Positions 16,331 through 23,746 of a DNA stretch of 38,960 nucleotides are shown in pieces (the stretch's first letter is position 1; each line of letters starts with the position of its first letter). A program made the position numbers and the translations under genes. A model generated the notes under the pieces. That model ran no database searches and had not been told where the DNA came from. It was given only the letters and a program-made list of their open reading frames with translations. The stretch lies in IMG/VR virus record IMGVR_UViG_3300009646_000070; one strand, written 5' to 3'. The stretch comes from a virus.

Positions 16331-16685
16331 GTTGTTTTCTCCTGCATTCCTTAATTCTTTTCTTCCATTGATGATTCCAGCACAGGGTTTGAAACCCATT
16401 AGGAAAGTTATGGGATTTTATCCATTTGTAAAGATGATATTTTACAAATTTTCTATGCTTAGCACCATCATTATTGATATGGTCAAGAGTAAGCATGTCT
16501 AAATCTATTACGTTACACTTTGGCCAACAGCATTTAGATTGCTTATTTTTGCCATAAAAAGTCAAAACGATTTTTTTTATTTTTTGTTGATAAAGGCACT
16601 CTCTAAGTTGGCGTGTTCTTTTGCCTTTTTCGGATTGGTCATAGCGTTTTTTAGACGCTATTCGTGCAGCCGTTCCCCACGGCAT
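16311..16685 (-). CDS. HNH-like endonuclease, family A copy 2
   Basis: KCCWPKC...DLDMLTLDHINNDG...FQTLCWNHQWKK; paralogue of 13939-14334; very AT-rich. Confidence 0.75.
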   Translation of the reverse strand: MPWGTAARIASKKRYDQSEKGKRTRQLRECLYQQKIKKIVLTFYGKNKQSKCCWPKCNVIDLDMLTLDHINNDGAKHRKFVKYHLYKWIKSHNFPNGFQTLCWNHQWKKRIKECRRKQRAKARE

Positions 16686-17064
16686 GGGTAATCTCCTCGT
16701 CTTCCGCAAACTCTGAGTCAGCCGGGTTGCCCGTAGAGACAAAACAGGCTCTATTTTCAAACGATGAATACAGCGCGTGACTGTGGGGGATAGATTGCCC
16801 ATCCCACGACGCAGATGAAGTAAAGGCCGAACCCTTCGCCAATCTATGAATGGCTCTTTCAAAATAGATGTTGTGAACGAAGTAGGTTTCCACGCAAACC
16901 AAGTTTTCTGGCTTGCCTGTATGGTCGTCTAGGCGCTTGATTTTTGCTACGTCATTCTTCGTCGCGCACTCTATGCAGAGTGTAGCGCCCGGCAACGCTC
17001 TGAGCCGTGCGGATGAAATGTGATTCCCGCAAGGACACAGAGGAATCATAAGATCATAATCCAT
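16651..17064 (-). CDS. TraR/DksA C4 zinc-finger protein with C-terminal extension
   Basis: CPCGNHISSARLRALPGATLCIECA matches the DksA/TraR C4 finger pattern. Confidence 0.7.
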   Translation of the reverse strand: MDYDLMIPLCPCGNHISSARLRALPGATLCIECATKNDVAKIKRLDDHTGKPENLVCVETYFVHNIYFERAIHRLAKGSAFTSSASWDGQSIPHSHALYSSFENRACFVSTGNPADSEFAEDEEITHAVGNGCTNSV

Positions 17065-17356
17065 TAGTGTTCCTTTCCGCCGTACCAGCCGGTACGTGCA
17101 TTTGAATCCACGAGGGCGTCGCTTCCCAAGCAATCGCTGTGCGCCCGTTCTTTGTCTTGCGAGTGAGTGAGGAGTTTCGGACCTCGCCCTTTGCGCGTAG
17201 CTCAGCCCGGCGGGTCCGCAAGCTCGAAGGTGTGATGTGATCTTTCGTCCAGAGTTGCCAGCGTGTTAGCAACTCGTCGTCGGTTAGAGGACCGAAGGTT
17301 TTCAAGATTTGAAGGATGCGTGCTTGAACTGGCGTTAGATTTCCCTTACCCATGTA
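17054..17356 (-). CDS. Winged-helix DNA-binding protein
   Basis: ILQILKTFGPLTDDEL...SSLRTRRAELRAKGEV...TKNGRTAIAW. Confidence 0.7.
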   Translation of the reverse strand, partial: YMGKGNLTPVQARILQILKTFGPLTDDELLTRWQLWTKDHITPSSLRTRRAELRAKGEVRNSSLTRKTKNGRTAIAWEATPSWIQMHVPAGTAERNTNGL

Positions 17357-17396
17357 GCCTCCAATAAAGTAATCAGGGAAGGTCGGCAAGACACAA

Positions 17397-17468
17397 GCTG
17401 CTCGGCAGGGATCGAACCTCCGAGTTCGGCCCTGTGGACCGGAACTCTACCGCTGAGTTACGTGTGGC
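17397..17468 (-). pseudogene. Degenerate tRNA
   Basis: D arm TAACTCAGCGGTAGAGT and T arm GGAGGTTCGATCCCT present; acceptor strands do not pair, no CCA, anticodon loop irregular. Confidence 0.55.
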
Positions 17469-17540
17469 ATGGCCGCTGGCTTGCCTTGTACTTCGGCGAA
17501 ACCAGAATCCAAGGCAGTTATGCCTTGCCGACCTTCCCCG

Positions 17541-17891
17541 TTACCGTCTCAAAGACTGCGGAGGGCCTATCGGGCCTCCGACCAAATCGAAAAAAGCGGC
17601 CAACAGCGAAGGTGCTCCGAACAGGTCAACCAAGACCTTGATTGTGCCAATGTGTTTGCACACTTTGCGCTGAGGCCATTCCCGGAAATGGAAGTCCGGG
17701 CAAGAGCACAGATATTCGTTGTTGTCGGTGCCGTAGGTGAAAGGCAGAGTCAGACGTGTGGTGACCACGTATTCCTTCTCGGGGTCCGATTGCGAAGTCA
17801 CGTAGAAAATCTGTGAATACCGCACGGGACCCAGCTTCTTTGTGGTTCTGACTTCCATGCCGTTGAGTGAAAGAACTTTTGTTTTGTCCAT
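17541..17891 (-). CDS. SWIM zinc-finger protein
   Basis: YLCSCPDF...CKHI. Confidence 0.75.
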   Translation of the reverse strand: MDKTKVLSLNGMEVRTTKKLGPVRYSQIFYVTSQSDPEKEYVVTTRLTLPFTYGTDNNEYLCSCPDFHFREWPQRKVCKHIGTIKVLVDLFGAPSLLAAFFDLVGGPIGPPQSLRR

Positions 17892-17928
17892 GTCGTTGTC
17901 CTTTTTCGTTAAATCATTTCCAGCTTCC

Positions 17929-17957
17929 AGACTAACATAATTCAGGCCAACTGTCAA
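17929..17957 (-). promoter_or_regulatory. Sigma70-type promoter
   Basis: TTGACA-N17-TAGTCT with extended TG. Confidence 0.65.
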
Positions 17958-17966
17958 GCGAAAAGT

Positions 17967-18278
17967 TTAGGCGGGCCTTTTGAGCAAGTAACCCAGTGCT
18001 CGGGTTAATTCTGGCGAAGTCCTAGCCTTACGACGCTGGCTTTTTTGAATTTGTTGAGTGAGGAATTGAAGAGGCCGGTCGTAGAATTTCGCCGGTACAG
18101 ACTCAGGCAATTTGGAATGCAGAACTGCGTCAGTCCACGAGAGGTATAACGGAGTCCTGCTTCCCTTTGCAGCAAACGAAAGACCGTCAGCCGTAAGTGT
18201 GACAATGATCGGTCCTTCAAGAATGCGCAAAGAGATTTCACGTCGAAGTTTCTTTTCTCCGTTCAACTTCGCTGGCAT
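17967..18278 (-). CDS. Hypothetical protein
   Basis: 103-aa ORF with RBS GAGGAG. Confidence 0.65.
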   Translation of the reverse strand: MPAKLNGEKKLRREISLRILEGPIIVTLTADGLSFAAKGSRTPLYLSWTDAVLHSKLPESVPAKFYDRPLQFLTQQIQKSQRRKARTSPELTRALGYLLKRPA

Positions 18279-18439
18279 TGTTCATCTCCTCGAATTTAAT
18301 TTCAAAAGACGCATGACGTTGTAGGCGTCCTCCACGCCTCGTTATCCTTCGCTGGCAGGCACTTCTTCCTTACTACTCTGCTGAGCATTGATGTGATCTC
18401 CCTCAGTCGGTCCAACGACTCCGGCCATGCGTCTTGTCT

Positions 18440-18513
18440 TGGTTTCCGGGGCTGGACTCGAACCAACGTTCTCAGGTTCAAAGCCTGATGTCCTACCATT
18501 GGACGACCCGGAA
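18440..18513 (-). tRNA. tRNA-Gln(UUG)
   Basis: TTCCGGG/CCCGGAA acceptor, TCAGG-CT-TTG-AA-CCTGA, TTCGAGT loop, CCA. Confidence 0.93.
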
Positions 18514-18518
18514 AAAAT

Positions 18519-18605
18519 TGGTGGGGTGTAGTGGAGTCGAACCACCTGCCCACAAGTGAGCACGGGTTTACAGCCCGCCCTAGTCGCCAGTGCCAGTCAC
18601 ACCCC
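18519..18605 (-). tRNA. tRNA-Tyr(GUA)
   Basis: GGGGTGT/ACACCCC, GCGGG-CT-GTA-AA-CCCGT, long variable arm, CCA. Confidence 0.93.
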
Positions 18606-18616
18606 GAAAAAGAAAG

Positions 18617-18923
18617 TGCTGAGGGTAGATGGAGTCGAACCACCACAGAGGCTAGGCGCTGTACACACGGAGCTAGCCTCCATCCGCTTTTATTGCTACT
18701 GGATTTCACAAGGTTCCTGCCTCGCCTCAGCGCATAACTGGCGGCTTCGAGGAATGGGATTCGAGACCCACTATACGAAACAATTACCGGGCTTAATCCG
18801 GCACGTAACCGCATACCGAACGCAACTGCGTTGTGCCTATCCACAAGGCGCTCCAAGGATTTGAGGTCTTACGTCTATCAGTAGCCTATTTAGCGTTGCA
18901 TCTGCCGATTCTGCCATACCCCC
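18617..18923 (-). ncRNA. tRNA-Leu-like 5' and 3' ends bracketing a large structured insert (RNA-A)
   Basis: 5' GGGGGTA-TG-GCAGAATCGGCAGATGC (Leu-type D arm) pairs with 3' TACCCTC-A after the T arm GGTGG-TTCGACT-CCATC; ~230 nt lie between them. Confidence 0.6.
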
Positions 18924-18931
18924 GAAAAGGT

Positions 18932-19065
18932 TTTGGGGAAAGATGAGTGGTGAGGATTTCGCTTTCGGTTTCGTCCCGGCCTATCCTCTAGGGCTAGGGC
19001 GAAGCTGCGCCGTTGATTCGAGCCTAAGCGATGTCTTGCCCGTACGGGCCTCACCTTCCCCCAAA
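18932..19065 (-). ncRNA. Structured RNA between tRNAs; candidate YrlA-type Y RNA
   Basis: 11-bp closing stem TTTGGGGGAAG/CTTTCCCCAAA plus GTGAGG/CCTCAC; a T-like loop GGCTCGAATC precedes a GGCG/CGCC hairpin and a D-like TAGCCCTAGAGGATAGGC. Confidence 0.45.
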
Positions 19066-19067
19066 CT

Positions 19068-19152
19068 TGGTGGCGATAGAGGGAGTCGAACCCACACGGT
19101 TTTACCCACTGGTTTTTGAAACCAGCGCGTCTGCCAGTTCCACCATATCGCC
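19068..19152 (-). tRNA. tRNA-Leu(CAA)
   Basis: GGCGATA/TATCGCC, CTGGT-TT-CAA-AA-ACCAG, variable arm, CCA. Confidence 0.95.
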
Positions 19153-19161
19153 TGAAAGATT

Positions 19162-19244
19162 TGGTACGGGGAGAGGGCATCGAACCCCCATGGTTGCCCA
19201 CTGGTTTCTAAGACCAGCGCGTCTGCCAATTCCGCCATCCCCGC
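19162..19244 (-). tRNA. tRNA-Leu(UAG)
   Basis: GCGGGGA/TCCCCGT, CTGGT-CT-TAG-AA-ACCAG, CCA. Confidence 0.95.
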
Positions 19245-19246
19245 AC

Positions 19247-19503
19247 ACGAGAACATTCGGCAGAGTATCGTTACTCTTTTCTCGCAGTTCCTACCGGATT
19301 TGAAAAAAGAGAGTATGGATTTCACTTTGTTCCTGCCTACGCCTAGCCCGCATGGGGTTCGGACCCATGTTCCTGCGGTATATTCTGCCCGCAGTGTGCT
19401 TCCTGCATCGCCGGTTTGCCCCGGCTAGCCTATGTCTACACTAGCGGTAAGGTTTCGGTCTTACGTCTCTCACACTTTTTGATACTCTGCCGAATGCTCT
19501 CGT
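19247..19503 (-). ncRNA. Structured RNA closed by 23-bp inverted repeats (RNA-B), paralogous to the RNA-A insert
   Basis: IRs 19247-19269 / 19481-19503 (22/23); shares a 12/12 and a 20/23 motif with RNA-A; internal tRNA-like fold at 19343-19428. Confidence 0.6.
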
Positions 19504-19581
19504 TCTGTGGCAGCCAGGCGGCCGCCTGAGAGGCAAGCTCAAAACAGAGCTGACGGAAGCTCTCGATAGTAAGCCAATTGA

Positions 19582-19788
19582 TCATTGACCAGAAAGCTTG
19601 CGTATGGTCTCGCCGTAGTCCCTGACGGCACGGCTGACTGCCTCTGCGACAACTGGATTCCGACGCTCTGGAATGCCCGGGATGGTCAGGGTGGCGATTA
19701 TTGGATCTGCGTAGAATTGATACTTCAAGGCCACCTCACCGCCCACAGTGATTTCGAATCGCTCAATCTTTCTTATTCTTATTTCCAT
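19582..19788 (-). CDS. Hypothetical protein
   Basis: RBS GGAGAGG before MEIRIRK. Confidence 0.6.
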   Translation of the reverse strand: MEIRIRKIERFEITVGGEVALKYQFYADPIIATLTIPGIPERRNPVVAEAVSRAVRDYGETIRKLSGQ

Positions 19789-20101
19789 CGCCCTCTCCTT
19801 CGTTGGCTTGGTTATCCTACTCCTCCAGCAACTCGGAAATCCTCTTTCTCTCAATCCACTTAAACCCAGCATAGCTCGTCACTAAAGCGATGTCCACGTC
19901 TCCGCCCGCGGTTTTTGAAGTTGCGACGATCATAACTTCCCATGTTACCATACCTCCAATCCCTTGTCAACTGGTTTTTTTTGGGCGGTCGGAGTCGGAT
20001 ACTCCGAAACAGCAGCCTCGCATCGGCCAACGCTTTACGTGGCCTTCGCCTGCAAGTCCATCGCATCTGCTGTCAGCTTGCAGCCTCCGCCCAAATCTAT
20101 T

Positions 20102-20176
20102 TGGTGCGCCCGGATGGATTTGAACCACCGGCTTCCTGCTTGTAGGGCAGGCACTCTTCCGCTGAGTTACGAGCGC
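20102..20176 (-). tRNA. tRNA-Val(UAC)
   Basis: GCGCTCG/CGGGCGC, CCTGC-CC-TAC-AA-GCAGG, CCA. Confidence 0.92.
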
Positions 20177-20177
20177 A

Positions 20178-20271
20178 TGGCGGAAGGTGCTGGATTTGAA
20201 CCAGCGGGTCCCTTTGAGGGGGACCAACGGTTTAGCAAACCGCCGCATTCGACCATCTCTGCCAACCTTCC
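20178..20271 (-). tRNA. tRNA-Ser(GCU)
   Basis: GGAAGGT/ACCTTCC, GCGGT-TT-GCT-AA-ACCGT, long variable arm, G73, CCA. Confidence 0.95.
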
Positions 20272-20277
20272 GTAAAC

Positions 20278-20349
20278 CGCGCAGTGCGGGAGTCGAACCC
20301 GCCAGTAACGGCTTTGCAGGCCGTTGCCTAGCCGATTGGCTTCCTGCGC
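20278..20349 (-). tRNA. tRNA-Cys(GCA), atypical
   Basis: ACGGC-CT-GCA-AA-GCCGT with canonical arms; G7-A66 mismatch, G discriminator, no encoded CCA. Confidence 0.75.
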
Positions 20350-21389
20350 GTAGTGAACGCCACATTTCGTTTCGGACGCTCGGGAGCGTGAGCCAAATTT
20401 TCAAGCGGCACTCGCTCGATAGGAATGTTCTGAATAGCCGGACCGGGCACGTTCAAACGTCCGGTAGGGCTAGGAGCGTCCATGTCCAACTTGCTACGCC
20501 AGCCAAGGAAGATTGCATGACGTGGTTTAACCTTGGCACCATGTGGAAAGTGTTTGTACTTCATGATGCGACCGTTGTAGGCCAGTGGGTTCGCTTGCAG
20601 TTCTTTCCACATCTTGCGTCGCTGGCGCATCGTGAATCCGACGCCGACCTCGAACTCGACTTTGCTCTTGCAATCACGTACTAGAAACCGGCCAAGCAAA
20701 GGCAGAGGCACCTTACCAGCTTTGGACAGGGACCTCTTCGTATGGCCGAGGGCGTTCTTGAACGCAGCATTGGCGTTGTGATAGAGGGGTAGAAAATCAT
20801 AGACCTCGGCGTCTGCGTCAACAAACCTCTTCACCTTTAGCAGCCAGCCTTCCCGCTCTGTTGACCGGCCATGCTTGTACGGACCTTGCGGGTCCCGGAT
20901 CATCACGCCCTCGCCGCCATGGGCTAGAACGTCTTTCTCGAAGGCCCGCAACTCAGCCACACAGAATACGAGGGTCTGGCGGACAGCTTTAACACTGAAA
21001 GACAACGGACCCATAGCAGTAACAGCATAGCAATAATCTTCGTACCGTTGCTCGAAAGGCTTGTCCTCTACCTTGTCGAATACGTAAAAGTCAACGTCTG
21101 CGCCACGGGAATCATGTTCACTCATGACGATGGAAAGCGTGAGGCAGTAGCAATCCTTTGCATTCGGGTCGCCGTAAATAAGCTCTCCGTCCAGACCCGG
21201 CTCTGCCCTGCGAAGTTTTTCCTGCACAAATTCGTTCGGAATCAGATTCATACTGCGACTCATAACAACCGAGGCAGTATTATCTTCCTTGTGAATAAAC
21301 GCACGAATCCCGTCCAGCTTCACAGAGGCATAGACCGGGTAGCGTAACTTTTTCACATTGCTTGTCTGTGTTGCCAACATCACCTGCAT
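20328..21389 (-). CDS. ATP-dependent DNA ligase
   Basis: ASVKLDGIRA (motif I), LDGEL, FYVFD, GGEGVMIR, LLKVK, OB-fold VGVGFT, KYK...KPRHAIF. Confidence 0.93.
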   Translation of the reverse strand: MQVMLATQTSNVKKLRYPVYASVKLDGIRAFIHKEDNTASVVMSRSMNLIPNEFVQEKLRRAEPGLDGELIYGDPNAKDCYCLTLSIVMSEHDSRGADVDFYVFDKVEDKPFEQRYEDYCYAVTAMGPLSFSVKAVRQTLVFCVAELRAFEKDVLAHGGEGVMIRDPQGPYKHGRSTEREGWLLKVKRFVDADAEVYDFLPLYHNANAAFKNALGHTKRSLSKAGKVPLPLLGRFLVRDCKSKVEFEVGVGFTMRQRRKMWKELQANPLAYNGRIMKYKHFPHGAKVKPRHAIFLGWRSKLDMDAPSPTGRLNVPGPAIQNIPIERVPLENLAHAPERPKRNVAFTTRRKPIG

Positions 21390-21398
21390 ACTTCCTCC

Positions 21399-21554
21399 CT
21401 ATGCGGTCCGGCGGCCGTCACGAAGCCAGAAGGTGCGCCGGGCAATCTGTTTTTGCACTTCCGGGTCATTCTCTTTTAGGATGACTTGCAGCAGCTTTTC
21501 CGCAAACTCATCCTCTACAACTTTCACTGCGCGAACCCATTCAGTCAGCAGCAT
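21399..21554 (-). CDS. 51-aa hypothetical protein
   Basis: MLLTEWVRAVKVVEDEFAEKLLQVILKENDPEVQKQIARRTFWLRDGRRTA*; bridges its neighbours. Confidence 0.5.
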   Translation of the reverse strand: MLLTEWVRAVKVVEDEFAEKLLQVILKENDPEVQKQIARRTFWLRDGRRTA

Positions 21555-22287
21555 AACCGCTCCTCTCTTTCGCGTGCGTCATATGGTAGCCATGGCAAAG
21601 GTTGCAGGGATACACTCGGAAAATGATGCCGTGTTCCTTTCCTTGGCGCTCAGCGGCGCTCTCTGCTTCGTGGCGCGTCGAATACCGCATCTTACTTCGG
21701 CATGACTTCCACTGCAAATAGGCGCGTGATTTCATCCCTCTCCAACATTCGGGAAGAGTGATGGTCAACTTTCGACCCCGGCGCACATAAGCGCGTTTTT
21801 GAATGGCGTCCAGAGTCGCCCGCTCCAAATGGCCGTTCCATTGTTCCAGACCTTCCTTGCACATTTCCACGATTTCCCGGACCTCATCCTCGAGCGGCGC
21901 ATCCTTGGAAGTGATGCCGAGGGCGTAAACGGCGTAGCCGAGGGCTTCGCCGCGTGATGCACACTTGGGCTGTGATTCTTTCCCGTACTGAATCAGAGTT
22001 TCGAGGGCGCAACGGGCCACGTCACGCGGATTGTAGGCCGGCCCTTTCCCATCGACCGCCGCGGGCAGCAATTCCCATTCTCTGCGGTAGTTCATGACCG
22101 CATCAATATGTTTGCAGGCCATTCCCAAACCTTGCAGCCGGGCGACCCAATGCGGGCAAGAGCAATGCCAGTTTCCTTGCCTGTCCATAGCCACGATGTA
22201 AGGCGGAAGGTCGGTGTTTCGGAAACTGTCAACCGAGTACCGCTCCATCCAACCCAATCGAATGCTCGAATTTAATTTTCTAATCAT
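21541..22287 (-). CDS. SWIM-domain protein with C-terminal CxxC-H module (possible internal start at MKSRAY)
   Basis: WHCSCPHW...CKHID; C-terminal YPCNLCHGYHMT; internal RBS GGAGAGGG before MKSRAY. Confidence 0.7.
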   Translation of the reverse strand: MIRKLNSSIRLGWMERYSVDSFRNTDLPPYIVAMDRQGNWHCSCPHWVARLQGLGMACKHIDAVMNYRREWELLPAAVDGKGPAYNPRDVARCALETLIQYGKESQPKCASRGEALGYAVYALGITSKDAPLEDEVREIVEMCKEGLEQWNGHLERATLDAIQKRAYVRRGRKLTITLPECWRGMKSRAYLQWKSCRSKMRYSTRHEAESAAERQGKEHGIIFRVYPCNLCHGYHMTHAKERSGYAAD

Positions 22288-22327
22288 GGTGGTAGGGCCT
22301 CCCAGCCCTAGACTTTTTCATTCTAAT

Positions 22328-22356
22328 AGAATAGCGCAAACGCATACGCTTGTCAA
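22328..22356 (-). promoter_or_regulatory. Sigma70-type promoter
   Basis: TTGACA-N17-TATTCT. Confidence 0.7.
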
Positions 22357-22392
22357 ACAGAATTTCACTCTGCATGTAACAGACCTCGACGG

Positions 22393-22677
22393 ATGGCCAA
22401 GTGGTCAAGGTCTGTAGCCCACATAGTGAAGCCTGCCATGGTTTTTCAAGAGCCACAACTTTCTCCCGTACCGGATACGCGCTTTCAGTGCCGTCCCGGG
22501 CCTTTACCAAAAGTAGGCTACGGAATTGACCGAATAGATTCCGCCAAAGGTTATACATTTGGCAACATCCGACCTTGTTGTAAAGTTTGTAACTTCGCAA
22601 AAAACAACCTTTCAGAAAATGCTTTTCAAGATTGGATTGTCAGAGTTTACAAACATTGGGCTTCCGTTCCTCGTTAA
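22393..22677 (+). CDS. HNH endonuclease, family B copy 1 (antisense to the operon, N-terminus degenerate)
   Basis: GIDRIDSAKGYTFGNIRPCCKVCNFAK. Confidence 0.65.
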   Translation: MAKWSRSVAHIVKPAMVFQEPQLSPVPDTRFQCRPGPLPKVGYGIDRIDSAKGYTFGNIRPCCKVCNFAKNNLSENAFQDWIVRVYKHWASVPR

Positions 22678-22953
22678 TTAACTGCTAGTCCGCTCCGTTT
22701 TCACCAACAGCTTATAAGCGAACCAAAGCGGCTCTTGCGCTGCCAAAGTTTCCGCAACAGTTCGTGTATGAAGTATGATGCACTCAGCATTCAAATGGCC
22801 AAGGGCATTGAGAACGATGTTCTTCCCGCCTCTGAAAAGTAGATTGACCCATTCTTCCTTTTCTTTTTGATCTTCAAGAAAAGGGTTACGTGCCCATTCT
22901 TCAAATTGCTCAATTTCCTTTTTGAGCCTATCAAACTTCGATTCAATACTCAT
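22678..22953 (-). CDS. Hypothetical protein
   Basis: 91-aa ORF with RBS GAGGA. Confidence 0.6.
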   Translation of the reverse strand: MSIESKFDRLKKEIEQFEEWARNPFLEDQKEKEEWVNLLFRGGKNIVLNALGHLNAECIILHTRTVAETLAAQEPLWFAYKLLVKTERTSS

Positions 22954-23242
22954 TTCATCCTCTTTTTCTGCGCAGTTCTAAGTAAATCAGGAACAATAAT
23001 GCAATGACGGCGCAAAGTAGATTTTCCATCGTTTTCTCCCTTCGCAGAACACTCGACTGTGCCGAATGCTCTGCGAAGCCGGGGGAGTTAAGTTGTCCCC
23101 CGACTTCCTATTAAAATGTGAAAGAGAAAAAAGGTTAATTTTAATTCTTCATGGGCGCACCCCTTTCTTTTTTCTGTTAAAATTGTGTCTCAATTGGAGT
23201 AAAGTTTGTTAGCCGGGTGGAATCACCCCCTTTCTAGTTTGG

Positions 23243-23746
23243 TTACTCGTTCAACATGCAATCATGCAAATCGTAGTAATGCTCTTCAGCGCGAGCCATC
23301 ACACGTTCTGCGCACGGATCGCAGTATGCGTCATCTTCCGACGTGTTGAAATCCTCGTACCACAGGCCGTCATAGAAATAACCAGCCACGATGCGGGTGT
23401 AGCAGTGCTGGCAGATGCGAGGCTCCTGAATCAGGATGCTGCAATAATCGCAATAGTCGCCGTTGTTCTGGCAGGTGCATCCATTCGGAAACATCTCGGC
23501 GGCCATGCTGGAGTTGTCCCACAGGGCCATTTCATCGCTGCCACAGTACGGGCAAACGAAGTACCACGCATCATCAAAGTCCTGAGTCTCAACGACGCCA
23601 TGCAGCAACACATGCTTGGCATCGCGGTAAAAGAAAACGGTGTTGCACACTTTGCAGCGTGCGCTGCATTTGCACTCATTGTGATCGTGCAGGCCATGCT
23701 TGCAATTGCATTCAAGTTTACAAGGAACTGCATATAAACTTCTCAT
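23243..23746 (-). CDS. Cys-rich protein with multiple CxxC motifs
   Basis: CNCKH, CSARCKVC, CPYCG, CTC...CDYC, CQHC, CDPC; ATG overlaps the upstream TAA. Confidence 0.7.
   Translation of the reverse strand: MRSLYAVPCKLECNCKHGLHDHNECKCSARCKVCNTVFFYRDAKHVLLHGVVETQDFDDAWYFVCPYCGSDEMALWDNSSMAAEMFPNGCTCQNNGDYCDYCSILIQEPRICQHCYTRIVAGYFYDGLWYEDFNTSEDDAYCDPCAERVMARAEEHYYDLHDCMLNE

Noticed and set aside
18617-18731. A separate 115-nt tRNA closed by GCTGAGG/CCTCAGC
   Set aside because: It has no proper D arm or anticodon loop. The 3' end pairs equally well with GGGGGTA at 18923, which carries a true D arm, and the GCTGAGG region is homologous to an internal helix of RNA-B. Kept only as an alternative fold.
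18945-18985. Hammerhead ribozyme suggested by GACGAAAC
   Set aside because: No CUGANGA core is suitably placed on the same strand.
18302-19325. Track ORFs overlying the tRNA cluster (e.g. 18302-18856, 18890-19201, 18981-19325)
   Set aside because: They are translations of tRNA and ncRNA sequence with no protein-like motifs.
22385-22420. tRNA-like GGATGGCCAAGTGGTCAAGG on the + strand
   Set aside because: Only a D-arm-like fragment; no anticodon arm, T arm or acceptor 3' strand follows.
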